This document shows, one piece after another, positions 40,227-51,100 of a DNA stretch of 64,000 nucleotides. The notes under the pieces were generated by a model. That model did no database searches. It saw only the letters and a program-made list of their open reading frames with translations, and was not told where the DNA came from. Every line of letters begins with the position of its first letter. Positions within the stretch are counted from its first letter, which is position 1. The translations under genes were made by a program, and so were the position numbers. Source of the stretch: Hormiphora californensis (lineage: Eukaryota > Animalia > Ctenophora); assembly GCA_020137815.1 (NCBI GenBank), contig CM035356.1, positions 2,170,001-2,234,000 of the forward strand. Direction: 5' to 3'.

Positions 40227-40610
40227 TTCACTGAACTAACACACTGACACAGACAACTTATTGTATTGACTTGACTTGACAATGTCTGTAATTACTAGCG
40301 GGGTAGTACATTGCAAACATTATTTGTCTGTCCTTGTCATCACGTTAAACACGTGTGAGTTTTTGTTTCCAGTCTTGCACCAAGCTGCTATCTTAATTTC
40401 TGAGAATGTTTTCCAGCTGTCTCAGGGAGACAGATAAAGTGAGTCTCTCAAGCTGATTACAATCTGCTAAGTGTCACCAAAGAAGGCCATCCAAAACTAC
40501 CTAGCCGTGAGGCACATGGCTGCATGGTCTTTATCAGACCGCACTAGAGTGCCACTTTCTTTGCTTCTTTGCAACTGCTACTGCTAGTCTCCAGAAAGTC
40601 TACTACAAAG

Positions 40611-42017
40611 ATGAACAACATAAACAACATCCTGGATCAAGATCAGATGATAAAATCGTTGACAGGTAGGCTGAACTCTATTTATTGGACCCGCCGTATG
40701 TTGTTGACTCTTGAATTTAGCAAACCCTCCCACCCCAATCAGACCGAGAAGTAATTGATGCGTGTGGGGGTGGTGGTCCGAATACCGTGAACCAGCTCCT
40801 TGCCCTACAGTTCCTCAACTCATATGGCCGTAAGTGTGCAGTGATTCTATTGCGTGATTAACCCGTCAATGTTTCTTGAAACCCAGATCATCATTATCAT
40901 GACTGAATCAATAAGTTGACCCTTCCCTATTTAGTGCCTTCATTTGATACCGACCACGGAAGACATGAACCGATGATGGCTCCCGCTTTGGTCCCTGCAG
41001 TGGAACCCTTGGTGGCCACAGAATCAACAGAAGTTCCACTTCAACACCCAGTGGTTAAGATGAGATCAGGTTCCGTGTGGAAGCCTCTGCCTAGAAAGAC
41101 TTCTGTAACACTTCCAGGTAATGGGACGTCTGATATGCATTTTCTGAGGTGATTGACCTTCGCTACCCGTGGGCAAACACATATTATATGTTTAGACTCA
41201 AGATTCTAATTCAAGATTTCTCACTACTCTATCTCACTACTCGAGATCATATGACTATGATGATTATTCCAGATATCAAGACAGGCCGAGATCACGCCGC
41301 CTTGCCTATGAGCCGATCAGTGAACCAGACAAGTGGAGAAGGACCAGTTGTGACAAGGAAAGCATCTCTCAGTGTGGGGCCTCTCCAGTGCAGATTCTGC
41401 GACTACCAGGCAAAACAACCGAACCAACTGGGTAAGAACATGGCTTTATGTCGCAATCCGACTCTACAAAGGGTCTGACTAGGATAGGTTCTATCTTTAC
41501 TCCCTGACCTCTGCGTTCTCTCAGTTTACAATTGCTAGACTTGTTTGGCTGTCTCTTTCACCGTTGCCCTCTCTCAGTGCGTCATCTAAAGAAGCACAGC
41601 GGGGAGCGGCCTTTCCGGTGTGGGTTGTGTGACTACAGTGCAGCCTTGAAGCACAACCTGGTACAACATGTATGGAGTCGACACTGCGAACGGAAAAAGT
41701 ATCAGGTACAGGATTTGTTGGGATTTTGGGGCTGCAAATGGCTAGAACAGACTCTTTTCACTTGTTAAATGCCGTCCTAATGTCCTAATTGTTTATAGAT
41801 GAATTGAGTCTATGTTAAAAATGAAATTAACCATGTCTCCCAATCTTTCCCCCAGTGTGACCAGTGTGACTATTCAGCTACTCGGAAAGATTATCTGGCC
41901 GCCCATCGGACCCTTCACACTGGATTTAAACCCTTCTCCTGCTCCCTGTGTGGCTGGAAAACTGGTCTCAAGAGTAATATGACCCAGCACATGAAAAGGA
42001 AACATACGCCCAAATAA
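40611..42017 (+). CDS. C2H2 zinc-finger protein (4 complete fingers read); start uncertain
   Basis: Spliced fingers CRFCDY...RHLKKH-SGERPF-RCGLCDY...HVWSRH, CDQCDY...AHRTLH-TGFKPF-SCSLCGW...HMKRKH. Upstream exons join in frame from ATG 40611. Confidence 0.85.
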
Positions 42018-42502
42018 CTTTGCGGAGATTATGGATTTTTTTAAGTTTTATAGAATAACTTTGCGTGGTATTGTATTGTGAGAGTTTTTGTGTGTAAATG
42101 GTATGTTTCTTGATAATTTATTGATCTTGTTTTTGTGGCATATGTTTTCAGATTTATCAATTGTGTTATGGGTATTTTTGTAGCTGTGATTTTGTTTTGT
42201 CTGACCTGTTGGCTTTTTAAAAATTTGAATATCGTAAGCATAACTTTAGGAAATGCAAACTCATCTGACATCTCCCCCCCCCCTCTCTCTCTCTCACTCT
42301 CTCTCTTTCTATCGCTTACTCTCTCTTACTCTCTTTATCATTCCCTGCCCACCATCCTAGTGTGTCACAAGTTTCCCTACCATCACAAAGTTTGCGTGGG
42401 CACGCATTATACACCCGGCCGCCACCTCAAGGCTCAATTTAATACCCTCACGAGACGCGCTGCTGGATTACTACAGAGACTTGACTAAGCCTGGAACTAG
42501 CC

Positions 42503-44472
42503 ATGAATAATACTAATGCGATGGATTTTGGGTCAGCACTGAATATTCGACGGCTGCACGCCCCCTTAAACCTGCCATTCAGGCACAACTTTTTGTGTGG
42601 CCAGATCTACGCCCCTGTAAGTCGTTTTGCTATGATTTATTTTTGGATTGCCTTGTTTGGTTTTTTGATCTCAATCCTATGTCTGTGTTGTTTGCTGCTG
42701 TGTTAACTACCGGCCACGTTCAGTTGATTGACGGTAACGAGATACATAGAACCAGTAACTATGAGCTGAGGGACGATGACGTAATCCTAGTCACCTACCC
42801 AAAATCAGGTACTGTCGAGTGTTCAGCTGTTGGACTGATTTGATATCTTTCAATTTGATCCTTCAAATTCCCGTTTAGTGGGCAGTGACATAATCGGCCA
42901 AGCACCGTTCCATAACTATCTCAGTGTGTCCTAAAATATTAAAACACTGAAACACTGGAACTTGATGTGGTACTGGTCCTTTTTGATCTTGTCAGTTACC
43001 ATGACTACCTTCCTACTCCCAGGTACAACATGGGTCCAAGGTATTCTGAAGTGTCTATATGAGAAGAACGGAGTTAGCAAGGACAGCAGGATATCTAGCA
43101 GGAACTGGCTCCTTCAGGCTGTTCCTTGGATTGAACTGCTCGACAGGGAGGTAAGCTGCCACCAAATAGATGGAGCGGAAGCTTATAGCTTTTGTTTAAA
43201 ATTATTTAAAGATAATTCCGAGACTCCTCCCAGTCCCAAACCAACTACTATCTCAGAGTTTTAATATCCCAGCTCCAGCACCATTTGATATTTTGATTGA
43301 GAATAGACATACTTCCTCAATCAACTGCATATCTCCTAAATCTCAGATAGGGCTTTCAATATATTCCATGATCTAGTAACATTTGATCTCTTCAGGAATT
43401 CTCTGCACTAACTTCCCCTCGAGTTCTGACCACTCACGAAACATATAATGGCATTGCATGGAGCCCAGAAACCAAGGCTAAATATATCTACCTGAGCCGG
43501 AATCCTAAAGACGTGGCTGTCAGTTATTACCATCATATCAGCGGACATAGGTTAGATACACTTCACAGTCACTCCAAGTTCAACGAATAATTCTAGAATC
43601 TGAATATTTCATCACACGCTAGGTAAACTATAAACTATCAGATCTTGCTATAAAATCCCCTAACTCATTCAGAGCGTACGAGTACAACGATGACCTGCCT
43701 GCATTTGTTGAGATGTTCAATATGGGTAAGGTACCCTACGGATCCTGGTACTCCCACAACCTGGACTACCTGGAGAACATCAACAACATGAACATCTTCT
43801 ATATGGACTATGAGGGACTTCATTTGAACTTCGAGAAGACCGTTATGAAACTCAACAAGTGAGTAAACATGGGAATTGGGGAGAGATGAGATAATATGCC
43901 AATTTGGTGGCGAGTAGATCAAGATGCTTGGAAATAGCCTGATAGATCAGATCATCAGGAAAGGAACTAACACCCCTTCCTTCTCTTGGTGTCTCACTCA
44001 ACACCCCCTCCTTATCTAGGTTCCTGGAGCTCAAGCCTCTGAGTAACGAGGACTTGGAGACCATCAAAGAGAAGTGCTGCTTTGAAAGGATGAGGGTGGA
44101 TAGCAATGCCAATCAGATCAGATTTGAACACCGCAAAAAACCAAACAGGTACAACATGAACATACGGTTCATAACGAATAATGATGATGATGCAGTGTTG
44201 CCTTGATCAACCCTCTCACTGACTGAGAGAAAAGAGAGAAAAGTGTATGGGCTGTATAAAAAGCCGATTAAACTTATGAAAAATACAGGGTTTACTAAAT
44301 ATGTCCCTCTAAACATGTCCCTCTTCTTCTTTCTAGTGAAGAGTTTCTACGGAAGGGAAAGGTAGGAGACTGGGAGAACCACCTGACCTCTGAGGAAAAT
44401 ACCAGTATCGATGCCATGACGGAGAGCTACTTTGGAAAGACGACCAAGAAGTTCATTTATAATCTGGATTAG
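42503..44472 (+). CDS. Cytosolic sulfotransferase (Sulfotransfer_1 family), multi-exon
   Basis: PAPS-binding motifs across exons: DDVILVTYPKSG|TTW, YIYLSRNPKDVAVSYYHH, VPYGSW, FLRKGKVGDWENH. Stop TAG at 44470-44472. Confidence 0.93.
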
Positions 44473-45104
44473 ATTATTCAGGGTGTTGCCGCGAGTACTA
44501 CATGCAGCAGATATAAACTATTGATATAAATGAGGACAGATAATAGTTTCGTGTAATGTTCTACAGCCTTTATTTGTTTATTTTCCCCGAGGACTGACCA
44601 CATATTTTTAAGCGAAAACTATTTTATGTCGATAAAGTGTATTGCTGGTAGAGCTCTAATTTATTGAATCTTTGTAAGCCTCGTGTGTATCAACATTGTA
44701 TCGGAGGGAGAGCATATAATGTGTCAGTGACACATTATATGTTCTGTCATACAATATGTCATTATCATCATCATCATTGACTCGATGATCGAGGGGGGGG
44801 GGGGGCATAATGGCCCATTAATATGATAGGGATTTTTCTTGTATGATTATTGTCGACCGCTGGCCTTCCTTACGAGCCCATGATCCTTGCATTCGCTAGA
44901 TGAGGCGTCTTCAATGTCTATGAACATGTCTTTAGCTTTGGTTATTCAATGAATAATATTCATACCCAGTGACCATGAATTGAAGAAGGGTCATTGGTCA
45001 ACTGAAGGGTCAGCTGAAAACTCTGAAACGCAGGGTCTAACCAGTTGCAAAACCTTGGCAAGTTTTGCTAAAAATCAATTAAAATCTAACAATATATAAA
45101 CTCC

Positions 45105-48100
45105 TTATACAGCGTCTGTTTTAGTCACTTTTTCAGATTTCTCATCAGTATTGTTCTCAATCACCTGATCGTTATTAGATTCCCCGCGGCTTCTACTGCA
45201 GAGTCGAACCAGGGTCCAATCGACAATGGCGAAGAGGGTGAAGAAGGAAATCCCTACCAGTAGATCTGTCAGACCTCCAAACTCGGCTGATGTAGGGAGA
45301 GATAGAGTTAGCGCCATTAGTTTAGTTCATGTGTAATCGTCTCATATTTAATTAACTAAAACTCTACTCAGTGACATTGATAAGAAACGGCTTTTCCTGG
45401 GAATTTACCTATAAGATTCTGTATTTCGTAAGCTCTAGTCTGCACCTCTGAAGTCTTGTGGAGTGTATCTTGATAGAAATGAAGCTTAACAAGATTTTGC
45501 CGGGCTTCCAAGAGAGTTGAATAGTGTGGGAAGTAATCCTTTAGTTTGTTTGACCAGTACCTGGAGATGAGGAGATGTTATTAGGCCTAGGGGGTGTACA
45601 CAGTTTGGGAATTTGCTGCGTGCGGCCTAAAAATGTCAGTGGTACTGGTAGCAACCCCCCCCCTAAACATTGCCTTTTATTTAACTAGAAATATTGGCCT
45701 GACAGAGAAATATAAAATATAACGCCTACTTTTCGCTTGGGAAAGTGCTGGATGAAATCTGGAAAGTTGTCCTGTTATAATTACAAGGCTCATAGCACTC
45801 CTCCGATCTGGAAACTCTTTTCTGCTGCAGCGACTCCTCTCCTACGCTGGCTGTATAATGGACACATTAATAGCTTCGCTAAAATACCTCATAACAAAAT
45901 AATTTCACATCATAGTGTAGCTGAGAAAGTAATAAGTCAGACATTCTAAACCATCAACTTACCAATGACAGAGTTTTCACATGACATCTGCTGGGTAAGC
46001 TTGCAGTCCTGTCTAGTGACCTGACATGTCATTGAGCCCCTCCTTATGGCATACCCTCTTGTGTTGGATACCACCTCAGGTTCATCACCAAACAACTCGC
46101 AATCCATCGCTTTAGTACCAGCTGAAACAATTGGGATTGTTTCACTTTAAGTTTCAAGAAAATGACTTTCAGTTTCAGTCAAGTTTCAGTCCTAGTTCTC
46201 GGTTTCTTATGCATCAAGCACATGTATTCTGAATAGAGAAGCAGGACTAGTTGTTTATTGACCTACCATCGGTGGTGTTTACGGTGAACTGAAACACTGC
46301 ACATCCATCAGTCTCATTACACAGGTCCAGACACTGCATTGCTGATTCGACCTTAGATACCGTTGCCATGGCATCAACCCCACTGTACATTAACTCTGTA
46401 CTGCTCATATTCAGACACGGTTCTGCAAGGGGGGAATTAGGGAAGATTATCACAATTTGGAACCGCTTCAAGTGAACAATTTGATATTGCACGCATTGCT
46501 CCTACTTGTGAAGAAAGAATTCAGTGCTATCAAATGGTACCTGTAAACAGTCCGTCACCCGACCAAAAGTTCTGAAGTCGATCCCTGACTTCTTCACTTT
46601 GATTCTTCTTATCAATATCGGGATCCGCAAAGTAGCGGGTATAAAAGTACCAGGGATAGCACTGGCATTGAGGCTCGTACAAATAGTACCACGCCACCTG
46701 AGTGGGTATAATTAACCTAATGTTATGATAATTCCTTAATCATGTGAAACTCAAAGTACATGCCCCAGGTCCCTTGATCAACCGAACCCTCACAGAGCGT
46801 GCAGTGTGAACTACACAACATGCTCTCACAGAAAGCAGTGAAATCCTCATGGAGTGTTATTTTTTAGTTACCTTGGTTGCGAAGCATTCCTTCCAGCTCA
46901 TGTACTTTTTCTCATCCTTATTGTACAAATTCTCCAGATTCTTACACGTACCCCAGGGGTGTTCCAACCTCTCTACCTGCAATGATATACCTTTTTAAAA
47001 GTAGCCCGTAATTAAAGACCTCTCTGCATGCGTCCAAGTAGTCCGTAACTATAGACTGGGTTTGAGACATGAAGAGAGAGCATCATGGGAGATGCATAAA
47101 CTTTGGGTCCCAAGTCATTGATCTCAAAGATTCGAATGAATTTGCATTTATATACAGGGGCTAGAGCTAAAACTCTTTTTCACTTATTTAGCTCGAACCG
47201 AGTTTTTCAGTACGATAGTATAAATGGTCAAACAGGGCAAATAGTTGTATCTATATCAAGGTTTAAGGTTCCGACAGCATAGTTAAAGTGCGATTTTTAA
47301 TAATGCGAACCGGGGGCGCGCATTAATAATAACATGATTCCATTTGCGCGTGCTAAATCCGGTTCCTGATAAGATAGAGACTTTTCATTGGTTGCATTGG
47401 AAAGATAAAATTTTTCTCTTTCCAACGCAACCAGGATCAAGTCTTTATCTTATCAGGAGCGAGAGATATGATCGAAACAACCGACAAAAAATTTCCCACG
47501 GTGCGTGGGAATTTTTTGCGGTTCACTTTATTAAAAATCGGACTTTAATCTGAATCTTGACAGCATTTACCTCAGAAGTAGAGAGTTGAATGTAGGATTC
47601 TGTCCCGGGCGCCACAAGGAATGAATACTCTTTCTTTAGTACTGTCTCGTGGGGCATCCGAAGTGAGATGTAAAACCCCTCTGATTGCTAGTAATGAGAT
47701 GTGTATGAGATTATCAGAAAGAAATATCATGATTCATGAATGTGAATAGCCTTCAGTTGATAAAAGGCTTGATAGCTCAACCAATTTTGTATTTTATAGG
47801 GAAATGGGGGCTTGGATGCATAGCAGCAGCCCCTCTTAGAGATCTTTGATTTCCCCTGATAATACTATTTTGAGCAGGGGGATATTAGCAGAAGTGAGAG
47901 AGACTAGAGAGAGACTAGAGAGAGACTAGAGAGAGACTAGAGAGAGACTAGAGAGAGACTAGAGAGAGACTAGAGAGAGACTAGAGAGAGCTGCTCTCTT
48001 TGGTTAAGTGATACACATGTAGATGCCAGAGAGAATTTATATGTGCACCACAACTTTTCCTTACAGTGTAAGATATTTCAGTGCACTAAGCTTGTTTTAG

Positions 48101-51100
48101 GACAACTGATCTCTATAGCATATGTAATATGTATACATAGTTTGAGTGGTTGATGTAGATGTGTCCTAATTGTAGCTGAGCTAATTGATGATCGATAACC
48201 TTTCCCTTTTTTCCATGGTGATGGCTATTTGTTATGTTCTAACCCTCCTTTGGCGGAGCTCGCGAAAAGGGGGTCGAGCTAGGCAAATGGCTATACTACA
48301 CTGCCTAACATGTTTTTGATATACATATGACACGATACATACCGTTGAATCAAGATAATGCTTTACTTGAGCATCCAAGACTAGATTCAGACCTCCAACA
48401 GGCCCATTTACACGCTGTACCAGAACCTAGATTAGATGTGGGGTCATTGGGGGTGAAATATATTATATCTCAGATTATTTCTGTGTTCCGACACACGCCG
48501 TATAACTACAATCAGCAGATAGTATTAGATTCAGTACCTGATTATCATTGATTTCCAAACAATTTCCCATCTCAGTAAAAGCTGTAGTGACTGTTTCTTC
48601 TATGATTTTACCCGACTCGTCGTCTGGGTCAGAGATAATGTCCGATAAACGACCTTTAGCCCATCTAAATTATAATAGGTGATAAATTAAAATCAATTGG
48701 ATATTTTATTTAGCTTTACTTATGGATAATAAGTCCACTAAGAAATTCTCTTCACAACTTACTCAATTAGATCCAAGGGCATTGTTGTTACGATATTCCA
48801 TCTATAGATTGCATAGACGTTTATGTTGTTGATTCTATTGTAGTGATCCAACAGTTTTCCCTTCGGTGTTTTGTCCCTCATTCGGATCTACAAAACTCAT
48901 GTTAGACAGTGAAACTCCCAAGACAGTGAACAATTGCTGTAATTTGGTAACTTGATTTTTAATTTTGTATGTGTAGTGGGTCAAGATTATTGTAATTTAT
49001 CTGAATTATAGGACAGTCCAATCCTAGCTTACTCAGTATGTAGTGTGAGAGTTGAGAGGAGCATTAGACGATGTTTGTTCTTCTACTTCTGTTACTTTTC
49101 CAGCCACCTACAACTAATGGTAACTAATTGATCTAAGAGTTCTGCTTCAAAATATTCTATCACCCAAAAACCAAACTCTATTGAAGCTTGAATAAAGGAT
49201 GTACTTCGCTTCTTCACTTTATTTTCCTAATAAATGATAACAGGTTGGATAACTGATAAGAAAGGCGCAATACCATGGAATCTAGAATCAACTCCGCTGG
49301 AAGTTCAGACCATGGTCCAGAAAGGACAAACGAGATCGATCGCGATTCGGTTCAAAGATACTAATAACAATTTCTTTGGATCGTTCTGGATATACTTTCA
49401 AGGAATGACATTCAAATTGGACTATAACTGTACAGATGGCCCTATCGCGATGCCCGACCTTTCACAGATGGACCGTCAGTTTGGCGCTTCGCCAAGTCCT
49501 CCAAAGCCATGGTTATTTCACTGAATGGGAAGGAGGTGATGAACTATGTGTTTAGTGAAAGTGTCAACTCGATCAACTGTGCCAAGAGATTCTCCAAGAC
49601 AGTAAACTATATTTTCTTTAGAAATAGCGATAAAACAACAGGATATCGACAACCACCAACAGGTAAGGATCGCTTGAATAATGAAATAATATTTCGGCAT
49701 AGCACGAAAAAAACATCTGGCTAGGCGAAGCTTATATTTAATGGAGTTGACCTTCTTTCCCTTTATAGAGTGTCAGGGATTTACGGTTGAAAACTCGCAA
49801 AACCTTACATACGATGGAACATGGATAGGTGGTAAAGTAGAGGTTCTCTGCCTTGATGGGTTTACTATGAATGGAACTTCCCTGATGACGTGTTCGGATG
49901 GTGTTGGAAACTGGTCCACTGAACCACCAACATGCACTTTGGAAAGTAAGTGTTTTCTTGTAAAGTTCCCTACTCAAAATGGGAAATGTTTAGAACATGT
50001 GTGTGTTCGAGTCCAGAGGTAACAATAACTTACTCTTTCACAGATCAAGAGTGCCCAGAATTCACGATCCCAAACTCTGATAAATCTACACAAGTCTGGC
50101 CCTCAGTACATTCCAACGAGGTTTCTGTTATAGGACAAGTAACGTGTAACTACCCTTACATGTTATCTGCAGAGAGCTTGACAATCACATGTCAGGCAGG
50201 TGGACAGTGGAACCCCGAGCCACCTTCATGTATTCTACCAGGTAAACACATCATTATAGAACTTACTCGGATCAAATTTCAAATGAATTCTCTTTCCCAG
50301 ACTATTATTCCCTTTCCCAAACTATCATTCTTGTCCGCAGTCTGCAACCTGGAGACCACTACCATACCGCTTTCCTACGTACCGACTACTGACTATGGTA
50401 AGGTCAGCGCTGGAGACACTCTCTACTTGTACTGTGGGGAGGATGGTTGGAAAGAACAGGTTGTAACTTGTAACCAGGACACCGAGACTCCGGATTGTGG
50501 AGAAACATCAAAATCAGTCACATTTACTGCAGGTAAAGTTACTATTTCCTAGTTAATTTGGCCTAATTGTGACCCACATTAGGAGGTATTTCGTATCGTT
50601 TATCACTGAAATTTTCTAGGAAGGAAAGATCTTCTGGTCTTGTTTCCGGACCAGACAATAACACAGCCACAATGTCAATCCTACTGTTCCGGGCTGGACG
50701 GTCAACTACCAACTATTCTCAACCAAGATGAGAATAACCGGTTGCTATGGCAGATATTATATCACGAGAAGCCAAAAAGTTGGATAGGTAAAAACATACT
50801 GTTGCTGGTTACCATGATAACTAAATTGTACTACCAATCTTATGTTGAATGCACTCTATTCTGACTATAACCCGCTGTTTCAGGTCTGTACGATACAAAT
50901 CCAAATGATATCGACCTTGGCTGGGAATGGTCCGACGGTACACCCTTAGGTTGGAGCTCATGGAGTCCGGGAGAACCAAGCAGTAGCTCGGAGCGGTGTT
51001 CTGTTATGTGGTCTAATTTAGACGACAATACAGACTCTAACGGTGTATGGAACGACGCCACATGCACTAGAACTAACCCTTGTTCCTGTCAATTCATAAG

